Part shown: piece by piece, positions 53,738 through 62,272 of the stretch
How positions within the stretch are numbered: position 1 is the first letter of the stretch
Layout of the letters: each line of letters begins with the position of its first letter
Assembly (NCBI GenBank): GCA_963728505.1
Contig: CAVSKH010000003.1
Location: forward strand, 513,352 to 577,351
DNA from: an uncultured Actinomycetota bacterium
GTDB lineage: Bacteria; Actinomycetota; Actinomycetes; Propionibacteriales; Nocardioidaceae
Length of the DNA: 64,000 bases
Reading direction: 5' to 3'
Notes under the pieces: model-generated
The model's database searches: none
What the model was told of the DNA's origin: nothing
What the model saw: only the letters and a program-made list of their open reading frames with translations
Program-made: the position numbers and the translations under genes

Positions 53738-55138
53738 TCAGCCGAGGACGAGCCAGATCGGCCCGGCGGCCAGCCCCATCACGACGGTGGCCGCCGCGGC
53801 GACGACGGCGGCGGTTCGGGGTGCGGGTCCGCCGTCGCTGATCTCGGCGACCTCGTCGAGCCCAGCGGCCGGACGAATGACTGCCCGGATCCAGCGCAGG
53901 TAGTAGTAGAGGCTGACCACCGTGTTCAGCACCAGGGCGACCGCGAGCCAGGCGAGGCCCGCGTCCCAGGTCGCCCCCATCGTGGTGAGCTTGCCGACGA
54001 AGACCGCGGTCGGCGGTGTCCCCACGAGTCCGAGCAGTGCCACGACGAGCGCCGCGGTGAGGCCGGGACGTACCGAGGCGAAGCCCTCCCACTGCTCGAG
54101 CAACCGCCGACCAGGTTCCGCGGCCACGACCGCGAAGGCGGCCAGGTTGGTGATCGCGTAGCCGGCCAGGAAGAACAGCAGGGCAGGCTGACCCTGGTCG
54201 CTGAGCCGGGTCACGGCCGCGGCTGCGAGCAGGTAGCCCACCTGGCTCACGGTCGACCAGCCCAGGAGCCGGCGTACGTCGCTCTGGGCCAACGCCGCGA
54301 GGTTGCCGATGGTCATGCTGGCCACTGCGAGGACCCCCAGCACCGTGGCCCAGCGCACCTCACCCGGAAGCACTGCGACCAGCCGCACGATCGCGACCAG
54401 TGCGCCGATCTTGGGCACGGTCGTGAGGAAGGCCGCCGCGGTCACCGATGCGCCCTGGGTGGCGTCGGGCACCCAGAAGTGGCCCGGGACGCCACCTGCC
54501 TTGAACAGCAGGCCCATGAGCACCAGGAGCCCGCCGCCGCTGACGGCCGCCGCGGGAACGTCGGGCAGCTCGGCTCCGAGCGCTGTGTACCCGGCCTGGC
54601 CTGCGAGGGCGTAGAGCAGGACGGCGCCGAGCATCAGCAGGATGCCGAACAGGGCGCCGAACAGGTAGGTCTTCAGAGCCGCTTCGGGCGAGCCCGGACG
54701 GGCCACGATCCCCACCAACCCGTAGAGCGGAAGGCTAGAGAGCAGGAATGCCACGACCAGCAGCGCCAGGTCGGTGCACCCCGCGAGCAGGAGGGTGCCG
54801 GTGGCGCCGAAGAGCAGCAGGCTGTAGATCTCGCTCTCTCGCGGATGATCACGCACGTCTCCCGACGCCATGAGCAGGATCAGCAGGAGCGACACGGTCA
54901 CCGTGGCACGGGCCGCCCCGGTCCACGTGTCGACGACAAAGGTGCCGGAGAAGGCAGTCTGCGCATCGCCGGCCCAGGCGACGACGCCCGCGGCCAGGCC
55001 GGCGGCCGTGGCGGCTGCCGCCACGAGGCCCATCCGCCACTGGCGCGTCCGCGGGGTGAACGACCCGCCGATCAGCGTGACCATCCCACCCAGGAAGAGC
55101 AGCGCCTCGGGCAGCACGGCCAGCAGGTCACTCCCCAT
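53738..55138 (-). CDS. nuoN: complex-I antiporter-like subunit, NuoN-like
   Basis: 466 aa with about 14 TMS. Motifs FKAGGVPGHFWVPD and LLGWSTVSQVGYLL, typical of the NuoN/MrpD family. Confidence 0.75.
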   Translation of the reverse strand: MGSDLLAVLPEALLFLGGMVTLIGGSFTPRTRQWRMGLVAAAATAAGLAAGVVAWAGDAQTAFSGTFVVDTWTGAARATVTVSLLLILLMASGDVRDHPRESEIYSLLLFGATGTLLLAGCTDLALLVVAFLLSSLPLYGLVGIVARPGSPEAALKTYLFGALFGILLMLGAVLLYALAGQAGYTALGAELPDVPAAAVSGGGLLVLMGLLFKAGGVPGHFWVPDATQGASVTAAAFLTTVPKIGALVAIVRLVAVLPGEVRWATVLGVLAVASMTIGNLAALAQSDVRRLLGWSTVSQVGYLLAAAAVTRLSDQGQPALLFFLAGYAITNLAAFAVVAAEPGRRLLEQWEGFASVRPGLTAALVVALLGLVGTPPTAVFVGKLTTMGATWDAGLAWLAVALVLNTVVSLYYYLRWIRAVIRPAAGLDEVAEISDGGPAPRTAAVVAAAATVVMGLAAGPIWLVLG

Positions 55139-55147
55139 CGCTGCCTC

Positions 55148-56641
55148 TCACCGCCCCACGAGCTGCGCGAGGACGGCAGCACCGGGCTCGATGACGTCGA
55201 GCAACGCGCGCGGCAGGACCCCGATGAACACCGAGAAGCCCAGCAGCAGCGCGACCGGTGCCCACTCCCGGGGCGTGACGTCGGAGAAGCCGACCGAGAG
55301 GCCCGCGGTGGTTCCGGTGAACACTCGCTGCAGCGCCCGCAGGAACAGGGCCGCCGTGATCAGGATGCCGAGCACGGCCACCGCGGTCACGGGCACGGTG
55401 GCGATGCTTCCGGCGAAGATCTGGAACTCGGCGATGAACCCGGACAGCGCCGGGAGGCCCAGCGACCCGAACGCCGCCACCGTGAAGAGCGTGGCGTAGC
55501 GCGGGGCGCTCGCGGCCAGCCCACCGTAGCCGTCGAGGTCGTACTTCCCGGTGCGCTCGAACATGGTGCCCGCGAGCAGGAACAGGGCCGCAGTGAGCAG
55601 GCCGTGGCTGACCATCTGCGTGACTGCGCCGGTCACCGCGACCCCGCGTGCCTCGTCCGCACCGTCGGACAGCACCCCGGCGGCACCGACGGCGAGGACG
55701 ACGTAGCCCATGTGGTTGACCGAGGTGTAGGCGATCATCCGCTTCAGGTCGGTCTGCGCGAAGGCGACGAGCGCGCCCCAGAGCACCGAGACGATCCCGA
55801 CCACGATCACGACCCAGGCCCAGGCCCGCCAGGCGTCGGGCAGCATCGGCATCGCGATCCGGACGAACCCGTAGGTCCCCATCTTCAGCAGCACACCTGC
55901 CAGCACGGCGGAGCCGATTGCTGGGGCGTCGCTGTGGGCGGGGGGAAGCCAGGTGTGGAACGGGAACGTCGGCGTCTTCACGGCCAGCCCGAGCAGCAGC
56001 GCGGCCAGGACCAGTCCACCCGCGACCCCCTGCCCCTGGAGCGGCGGCTCGGCGGCGAGCTGGACCATGTCGAAGGTGTGCGGGTCGGAAGCGACGTACA
56101 GGCCGACGAAGCCGAGCAGCAGGGCCAGTGACCCGAGGAAGGTGTAGAGGAAGAACTTCAGCGCCGACCGGGCGGCGTTCCCGTGCCCCCACCCGCTGAT
56201 CGAGAAGTACATGGCCACGATCGAGAGGTCGAAGAAGACGAAGAACAGGATCAGGTCCGCCGAGACGAACAGCCCGAGGCAGACCGCTTCGAGGAACAGG
56301 AACAGCGCTGCCTGCAACCGGGGCCGGTGCTGCTCGCGTACGGCGAAGACGGCGCAGGCCACGAACACGAGCGTGGTCATCACCACCAGCGGCAAGGAGA
56401 GCCCGTCGACGCCGACGTGGTAGCTCGACCCCACGCCCGGGATCCACCGGGCCTGTTGCTCCAGCGCCAACGCCCCCGCCGCCGGGGTCTCGTACCTCGC
56501 CCAGGCCACGCCTGCGAGCAGGACCTCGACCACAGTGACGGCGACGAAGCCGACCCGCGCAACCCGGTCGCCGACCTGCGGGACCAGGAGCCCCGCGGCC
56601 GCCACGAGTGGGAGGAAGACCAGGACAGAGAGCACGTTCAC
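55148..56641 (-). CDS. nuoM: complex-I antiporter-like subunit, NuoM-like
   Basis: 497 aa. Motifs: VKTPTFPFHTWLPPAHSDAP, LKRMIAYTSVNHMGYV. GTG start overlaps the NuoL-like stop (GTGA). Confidence 0.8.
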   Translation of the reverse strand: MNVLSVLVFLPLVAAAGLLVPQVGDRVARVGFVAVTVVEVLLAGVAWARYETPAAGALALEQQARWIPGVGSSYHVGVDGLSLPLVVMTTLVFVACAVFAVREQHRPRLQAALFLFLEAVCLGLFVSADLILFFVFFDLSIVAMYFSISGWGHGNAARSALKFFLYTFLGSLALLLGFVGLYVASDPHTFDMVQLAAEPPLQGQGVAGGLVLAALLLGLAVKTPTFPFHTWLPPAHSDAPAIGSAVLAGVLLKMGTYGFVRIAMPMLPDAWRAWAWVVIVVGIVSVLWGALVAFAQTDLKRMIAYTSVNHMGYVVLAVGAAGVLSDGADEARGVAVTGAVTQMVSHGLLTAALFLLAGTMFERTGKYDLDGYGGLAASAPRYATLFTVAAFGSLGLPALSGFIAEFQIFAGSIATVPVTAVAVLGILITAALFLRALQRVFTGTTAGLSVGFSDVTPREWAPVALLLGFSVFIGVLPRALLDVIEPGAAVLAQLVGR

Positions 56642-58509
56642 CTCACGAGGACGAGGACGAGGAGGACGACGGCCAGCACGGCCAGCGCTTGGAGGTAGTA
56701 CTGGTGGAGCTGCCCGGTCTGCACCCTGCGGGCCAAGGCGCCGAGGCGTCGTACGCCGGACACGACTGCAGTGACGCCACCATCGAGAGCGCGGTCGTCG
56801 AGGCGCCCTGCGACGCGGGTCAGCCGCAGCGTGCCGCGTGCGGTCGCCTCGACGCCGCGGTCCAGCACGGCGTCGTCGAGGTGCGCGAGCCGGTGCGCGA
56901 TCCCTTCGACGGGCCGGACCACGGCGCGGTGAGCGAACCGCTCGAGGAGCAGCCAGTCCGTGAGCGCCTCAGGCCAGGTGAGCTGCCGGACGGCGCCACT
57001 CCGCATCACCGCCACCGTCACGGCGGTGACCACGATCGCGACCAGTGCGGACGCCACCAGCTCGAGCGAGCTGGGCTCCGGGGCGGCGCCGCCCACCAGC
57101 TCGTGCACCCTCGTGAACAGCGGCGGAAGCGCGAGCACTCCGAGGGTGAGGGCGCCCGCCGCCAGTGGGACGAGCGGGAGCCACGCGATCACGGGTGCCT
57201 CCCGGGTGCCGACACGCTCGTCGTCCCACCGCGACTCGGCGTCCTCGGGGAGGCGGCGGCTCAGCACGACCAGCGCCTTGGTGGCGTACGCGGCCGACAG
57301 AGCGGCCCCGAGCAGTCCGATCAGGTAGAGAGCGGACGACTGCTCGGCCGCAGCGGCGAGCACGGTGTCCTTGGTCGCCCACAGCGCCAGCGGCGGGAGT
57401 CCTGCCAGAGAGAGGAGTGCGGCCGCGGCGCACGCGCCCACCACCGGCCAGAGCCGGGCCGCCCCGGTGAGGGAGGCCAGGCGTTTGGTGCCGAGCGCCT
57501 CCAGCCAGAGCCCGGCGGCCAGGAACAGACCGGCCTTGACCGCCGCGTGAGCCACCAGGTGGGTGGCACCGCCCGCGGTCGCCCCGACCCCGGCCGCCAG
57601 CACCACGAAGCCGAGCTGGGCGGCGGTGGAGGCGGCCAGGAGCTGCTTGAGGTCACCTTGGGCAAGGGCGACCAGGCCGAGCAGCACCGCGGTGGCCGCA
57701 CCAGCCCAGGCCGCGGCTTCGTCGGCCCAGCCGGTCGCTGCGAGCGTCGGCGAGACCCGCAGCAGCAGATAGCCGCCCATCGCGACCATCGCGGCCGAGT
57801 GCAGGAGCGCGCTGACCGGGCTGGGACCTCGCATCGCTCGCGACAACCAGAACGAGAACGGCAGCTGGGCCGCCTTCCCGAGCCCGGCCACCACCAGCCC
57901 GGCGGCCGCCACGTCACGCCAGCCGCCGGAGGCATGCGGGAGGGCGGTGAGACCGAGCCCCGCTCCCCCGGCCAGCGCGGCACCCGCCGCGACGTAGAGA
58001 CCGAGGTCCGCGGTCCGGGTGGTCAGGAACGCCGTCGTGCCCGAGCTGACCGTCGCGGGGTCGCGCCAGTGGTAGCCGATGAGCGCGAAGGAGGTCGCCC
58101 CCATCACCTCCCACGACAGCAGCAGCGCCGGAAGCGTGGTGGCCACCACGGTCATCAGCACCGCCGCCACGAACAGCAGCATCAGCCCGTGGAACCGCGC
58201 CGTGCGCAGCTCAGGGGTGCCGGTCGCCGCCAGCAGCACGAGCACCGACACCACCGCGACCGCCGGCAGCACCAGAGCGGCCAGGCCGTCCACGCCCAGT
58301 GCGAGGTCGGCACCCGCCATGAACGGCATGGCCACCGAGGGCCGCGCTGCCGCAGGGAAGGAGACCACGAAGGAGACCACCGCCAGCAGTGCGGCCGATC
58401 CGACCGCGACCGGAGCAGCGAACCGGTCGGCCGCGGTGCCGACCAGCAGCAGCAGTGCGCCCACGACAGCGGGCACCACCACGAGCGCGACGAGAGCGAG
58501 GTCGTGCAT
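56638..58509 (-). CDS. nuoL: complex-I antiporter-like subunit, NuoL-like
   Basis: Real start at MHDLALV (58509), inside track ORF 56638..58821. Motifs: WEVMGATSFALIGYHW, GKAAQLPFSFWLSRAMRGPSPVSALLHSA. Long C-terminal helix region. Confidence 0.8.
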   Translation of the reverse strand: MHDLALVALVVVPAVVGALLLLVGTAADRFAAPVAVGSAALLAVVSFVVSFPAAARPSVAMPFMAGADLALGVDGLAALVLPAVAVVSVLVLLAATGTPELRTARFHGLMLLFVAAVLMTVVATTLPALLLSWEVMGATSFALIGYHWRDPATVSSGTTAFLTTRTADLGLYVAAGAALAGGAGLGLTALPHASGGWRDVAAAGLVVAGLGKAAQLPFSFWLSRAMRGPSPVSALLHSAAMVAMGGYLLLRVSPTLAATGWADEAAAWAGAATAVLLGLVALAQGDLKQLLAASTAAQLGFVVLAAGVGATAGGATHLVAHAAVKAGLFLAAGLWLEALGTKRLASLTGAARLWPVVGACAAAALLSLAGLPPLALWATKDTVLAAAAEQSSALYLIGLLGAALSAAYATKALVVLSRRLPEDAESRWDDERVGTREAPVIAWLPLVPLAAGALTLGVLALPPLFTRVHELVGGAAPEPSSLELVASALVAIVVTAVTVAVMRSGAVRQLTWPEALTDWLLLERFAHRAVVRPVEGIAHRLAHLDDAVLDRGVEATARGTLRLTRVAGRLDDRALDGGVTAVVSGVRRLGALARRVQTGQLHQYYLQALAVLAVVLLVLVLVR

Positions 58510-58811
58510 CAGCCGTGCAGCTCTGTGGCCATGTCGGTCATGTCGTGCCCGGCCTGACGGTGCAACAGCGTGGCGACGGCGAAGCCCATCGCCATCTCCA
58601 CCGTCATCGCCGCGATCACCACCAGCAGCAGCACCTGCCCCGACGGGTCCGGCGCCAGGAACCACCACAACCCGCCCGCTGCCAGGATGACGCCGTTGAT
58701 CATCAGCTCCAGGCCCATCATCACCATGACGACCACCTGTTGTGACAGGGCGCCGTACACCCCCACCGCCATCAGCGCGGCGGCCACGAGCAGCACGGTC
58801 TCGAGCGTCAT
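58509..58811 (-). CDS. nuoK: NuoK-like small membrane subunit
   Basis: 100 aa: MTLETVLLVAAALMAVGVYG...GLELMINGVIL...VIAAMTVEMAMGFAV, with conserved TM glutamates. ATGA overlap with NuoJ-like and a 1-nt overlap with NuoL-like. Confidence 0.75.
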   Translation of the reverse strand: MTLETVLLVAAALMAVGVYGALSQQVVVMVMMGLELMINGVILAAGGLWWFLAPDPSGQVLLLVVIAAMTVEMAMGFAVATLLHRQAGHDMTDMATELHG

Positions 58812-59380
58812 CGACCGACACCCCCTGGCTGGGGGTCGTCGGCCGGTCGACGGTCGAGGGCGTCGCCGAGCCGGTCGTAGCGGGTGCGGTGCGAGGAGAG
58901 GACGACGCCGGCCACGATCGTGGAGACCATCACCGGACCCATCGCGATCATCACGATCATGTGTGACTCCATGATCGCCTCCCCCAGCGCAGCCGTGACG
59001 TCCCCGGTGGGCGCCCCACGCCGGGTCGGCCACGGCACGAGCAGGGCACCGGCTCCCAGGAACAGGAACGTCCCGACTCCGGCTGCGATCGAGGAACGGT
59101 GGGAGTGGACCATGCTCATCGGCATCAACGCCGGGTTCATCCCCATGAACATGACCATGTAGACCGCCATCACCGCCATCTCCATGACCATCATCAGGAT
59201 CACGATCACCCCCATGTACGCCTGGCCCAGCAACAGCAGCGCCACCCCGACGGACACGAAGGACACCGCCAGCGCGTACGTCGCCCGAGCCATCGAGTCG
59301 ACGTAGAACACCAGCGCACCCGCGACCACCGACACCACGGCGCACAGCCAGAACCCCACGTCGACGAGGACGGCGTTCAT
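58808..59380 (-). CDS. nuoJ: NuoJ-like membrane subunit with Met-rich segment
   Basis: 190 aa. N-terminal TM pattern and position between the H-like and K-like genes. 13 Met in the 39-residue stretch MGVIVILMMVMEMAVMAVYMVMFMGMNPALMPMSMVHSH (59099-59215). Confidence 0.6.
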   Translation of the reverse strand: MNAVLVDVGFWLCAVVSVVAGALVFYVDSMARATYALAVSFVSVGVALLLLGQAYMGVIVILMMVMEMAVMAVYMVMFMGMNPALMPMSMVHSHRSSIAAGVGTFLFLGAGALLVPWPTRRGAPTGDVTAALGEAIMESHMIVMIAMGPVMVSTIVAGVVLSSHRTRYDRLGDALDRRPADDPQPGGVGR

Positions 59381-59404
59381 CGGTTCTCCTTTCCGCGGAC
59401 GAGG

Positions 59405-60334
59405 TCAGTTGGCGCCAACAGCGATGACGGAGACGACCAGGTCCTGCGCGACGACGAGGGGCAGCACGACCACCCAGCCGAGCTCGAGGAGCCTGTCGGG
59501 ACGCAGTGTCGGCAGCCGGCGACCGACCAGCACGAGCACACCGCTCAGGAGGAGGGTCTTGACGAGCACCCACACCCACCCGGGGAGCAGCGGACCGGTG
59601 GCGCCGCCGAGGAACAGCGGCACCGCCGCTGCAGACCCTGCGACCAGGAGGGCGTAGCGCCCCGCCAGCACCAGCAGGCGATCCACGCCGGCGAGCTCGG
59701 CGAGGATCCCGCCGTTGATGTCCGTGCCGGCACCGGGATCCATCGGTGGCCGGACCGAGAAACCCAGCACCCCCCAGCAGTACGCCGCGAACGCCACCGG
59801 CGCCCACACCACGAACCACAAGCCCTCCTGGGCCGCGGAGATCTCCGCCAGGTCCAGGCTGCCCGCCGCGATCGCCGGTGCGGTGAGCGCGAACATCAGC
59901 GGGAGCTCGTAACCCAACGCGAGGGCGAGGAACCGGTAGCCCCCCACGAGCCCCGCGATGGAGTTCGCCCCCCAGCCGAGCAGCCACATCACCGCCCACG
60001 CCACCACGTCGAGCGCGTTCACCCACACCACTCCCAGCGGGTGGTCCACCAGGGCATGGCTGCCCAGCGGGACGAACGCCACGATGAGGACCGCCAGCGG
60101 GATCACCGCTGAGGAGGCGGAGCGCCACAGCAGCCGATCGGCCGAAACCGTGCGGCGCGGGCGCTGGCGCAACAGCCGTGCCGTCTCGCGGAGCGGGACC
60201 GTCAGTCCCGATCGGACAGGCAGGCCCCGGTCGCGGGCCTCCAGAGCCGCGGAGACGCCGCCCACCGAGAGGGACGCAGCCGCGAGGCCCAGCATGACCG
60301 GCGCCGCGTAGACCAGGGACAGGGAGTCAGCCAT
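59405..60334 (-). CDS. nuoH: NuoH-like membrane subunit (divergent)
   Basis: 309 aa, 8-TM pattern. WGANSIAGLVGGYRFLALALGYELPLMF aligns to the NuoH SNSKY..GGLR...SYE region but is degenerate. Confidence 0.65.
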   Translation of the reverse strand: MADSLSLVYAAPVMLGLAAASLSVGGVSAALEARDRGLPVRSGLTVPLRETARLLRQRPRRTVSADRLLWRSASSAVIPLAVLIVAFVPLGSHALVDHPLGVVWVNALDVVAWAVMWLLGWGANSIAGLVGGYRFLALALGYELPLMFALTAPAIAAGSLDLAEISAAQEGLWFVVWAPVAFAAYCWGVLGFSVRPPMDPGAGTDINGGILAELAGVDRLLVLAGRYALLVAGSAAAVPLFLGGATGPLLPGWVWVLVKTLLLSGVLVLVGRRLPTLRPDRLLELGWVVVLPLVVAQDLVVSVIAVGAN

Positions 60335-61454
60335 CCGCCGCCCCCGACAGCTGGTGCTCGGCCAGGTCCGGCGCCATCGCCGCCAGCCACAGCCTTGCTG
60401 CGGCCAGCTCCATCCCCTGGACCAGCGTGGGCAGCGCCTCGGCAGACCGCGCCACGTGGTGCCGCGCCTCCCCGTCGAGCTCGGCCTGCGCGCGCTCGTA
60501 CAGACCCGTGAGCCGGTCGGTCAGGTCCTCGGAACCACCATGACTGCCCTCGGCCTCGAGCCCGCGCAAGACCCACCGCAACACCCGCCGCCGACCGACA
60601 CGCTCGCCGAGCCCGGCCACCTCGCGCCCGTCGACCAGCTCACCGTCGAGACACCGGTCACGCAGCCTCAGCGTCCGCGCGGACTCGGCCGGCAGACCTG
60701 CGAGCGCCAGCACCGAGCCGCCCGCGTCGAGCAGGCGCGCCGCCCGCACGATCGCGTCATCCGGACCCGACCGAGCCCCTGACGTCGCGAGCTGCTCGAC
60801 CTCGGCGCCGACGATGACGTCACCGTGCAGGGTCACGTGGAGCACCAGACCGGCGGGCCAGTGCGCGAGCACCGGCCCGAGCGGCAGGTGGAGCTCGTCC
60901 ATCTCCAGGCCGTCGCGATCCTCCGCCCCCTCGGCCAGCGCGATCCCGTCCGGCATCATCGCGCCGTGGTCGTGACCCCCGTGGTCGTCCCCCTCGTCGT
61001 GGCCACCGTCGTCCCCGTGGTCGTGGCCACCGTCATCGCCGTGGTCGTCGCCGTGGTCGTGCCCGTCGTGGTCGTGCTCCTGCGCCACGTCCTCGGCGGA
61101 GGGGGTGAAGCCGCGCCGCACCTCCGATCCGGTGAGACGCCGCGCAACACCGTTGAGCTGCTCGCGCGCCTCGCGGAGCAGCGTGTCCGCGTCGGTCTCG
61201 GCGCGCAGCCGGAACCGCACCCGGGGCTCCGACATCTGTCCCCACACCTGTTCGATCACGTCCGCCAACGCCTCGCCGGGCTCACCGACGACGGCCAGGA
61301 CATCCGCGTCTGCCACGGACTCGGCGATGCACCACCCCGCGCGGTCGAGCGCGCGCTCGAGGGCGACACGCTCCCGGAAGGCACCCGGAGCCTCCGCGAC
61401 GAGGACGTGAGCGCGCGAGCCCCCCGCCCTGGTCAGGACGTCGATCAGGCCCAC
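60327..61454 (-). CDS. fused, cofactor-less NuoB-like / NuoD-like protein with His/Asp/Gly insert
   Basis: GTG at 61454, inside track ORF 60327..61679. ADVLAVVGEPGEALADVIEQVWGQMSEPRVR resembles NuoB ADVMIVAGT...VYDQMPEPKWV. LPLGPVLAHWPAGLVLHVTLHGDVIVGAEVE resembles NuoD [22 protein letters not shown]. Only 2 Cys in the whole protein. Confidence 0.6.
   Translation of the reverse strand: MGLIDVLTRAGGSRAHVLVAEAPGAFRERVALERALDRAGWCIAESVADADVLAVVGEPGEALADVIEQVWGQMSEPRVRFRLRAETDADTLLREAREQLNGVARRLTGSEVRRGFTPSAEDVAQEHDHDGHDHGDDHGDDGGHDHGDDGGHDEGDDHGGHDHGAMMPDGIALAEGAEDRDGLEMDELHLPLGPVLAHWPAGLVLHVTLHGDVIVGAEVEQLATSGARSGPDDAIVRAARLLDAGGSVLALAGLPAESARTLRLRDRCLDGELVDGREVAGLGERVGRRRVLRWVLRGLEAEGSHGGSEDLTDRLTGLYERAQAELDGEARHHVARSAEALPTLVQGMELAAARLWLAAMAPDLAEHQLSGAADG
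60964..61080. repeat. imperfect short-period coding repeats (gtggtcgtS-type) encoding a His/Asp/Gly tract
   Basis: Encodes HDHDGHDHGDDHGDDGGHDHGDDGGHDEGDDHGGHDHG: 38 residues made of 11 H, 14 D, 12 G and 1 E. Confidence 0.85.
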
Positions 61455-61786
61455 CGGAACGCCCCCTCGCGACGTGCCCAGAGGACGGCCAGCAAGAGCA
61501 CCAGCAAGAAGCCGAACATCTCGATCACGGCCCCGGGACCGAGGTGTGCCACGACCACTGCCCAGGGATACATGAACAGCATCTCGACGTCGAAGGCGAG
61601 GAACACCACGCTGGCGGTGTACCAGCGGGCGTGATACCTCGACAGAGCGTGCTCGGTCGGGCGATGTCCCGACAGCCACGACTCGACCTCGAAGGGACTC
61701 GCGGACATCGCGGTCCAGCGGGCCAGCAGCCGAAGCGCCACCACGACGCCGATCGAGGCGACGAAGAGGGAGAGCAAGGAGTCCAT
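61445..61786 (-). CDS. nuoA: NuoA-like small membrane subunit
   Basis: Start at MDSLLSLF, with gggagg 7 nt upstream. FLAFDVEMLFMYPWAVV matches the NuoA F.FDvE..fl.PW motif. Confidence 0.7.
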   Translation of the reverse strand: MDSLLSLFVASIGVVVALRLLARWTAMSASPFEVESWLSGHRPTEHALSRYHARWYTASVVFLAFDVEMLFMYPWAVVVAHLGPGAVIEMFGFLLVLLLAVLWARREGAFRWA

Positions 61787-61888
61787 CGACGACCTCCCTT
61801 GCTCTGGACGTTGGCTGCGCACCGGTCGCTGACCTACGCTACATACTCGACACCCGTCCCGTCATGCGGATGTTTCTGGAGGACGACC

Positions 61889-62260
61889 GTGACCGACCAC
61901 GCACACCCCGTGGACCCAGGAGCAGTCAGCCGTGCCCGGCAACGCCTCCTGGAACCCACGCAGGCCGAACGGGTCACCAGCGTGCTGACCCTCATCGCCG
62001 ACCCCACTCGGATGCGCCTGCTGTTCGCACTCGACGCTGCCGAGGAGCTCTGCGTCGGAGACCTCGCCCTGGCGCTCGATGCCTCCGAGGACGCTGTCGG
62101 CTACGGCCTGCGGATGCTCAGGACAGCAGGGCTCGTGAGCCGACGCAAGGATGGACGGACGGTGTTCTACCGCCTGGCGCAGGAGTTTCCCGAACCGCTT
62201 CGCCAGCACTGCCTGGTCCGCCTCGCCGACATGTCCACCGAGACGCCCACCGACTCCTGA
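61889..62260 (+). CDS. ArsR/SmtB family metalloregulator
   Basis: GTG is preceded by ggagga. LIADPTRMRLLFALDAAEELCVGDLALAL ... GLVSRRKDGRTVFYRL (wHTH). Confidence 0.85.
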   Translation: MTDHAHPVDPGAVSRARQRLLEPTQAERVTSVLTLIADPTRMRLLFALDAAEELCVGDLALALDASEDAVGYGLRMLRTAGLVSRRKDGRTVFYRLAQEFPEPLRQHCLVRLADMSTETPTDS

Positions 62261-62272
62261 GGTCAGACCCGC

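Noticed and set aside
58510-60128. Over-extended track ORFs in the nuo-like cluster: 56638..58821, 58509..60128, and also 60327..61679
   Set aside because: The upper parts are shadow frames over neighbouring subunit genes. Internal starts at 58509, 58811 and 61454 give family-typical N-termini and coupled junctions.
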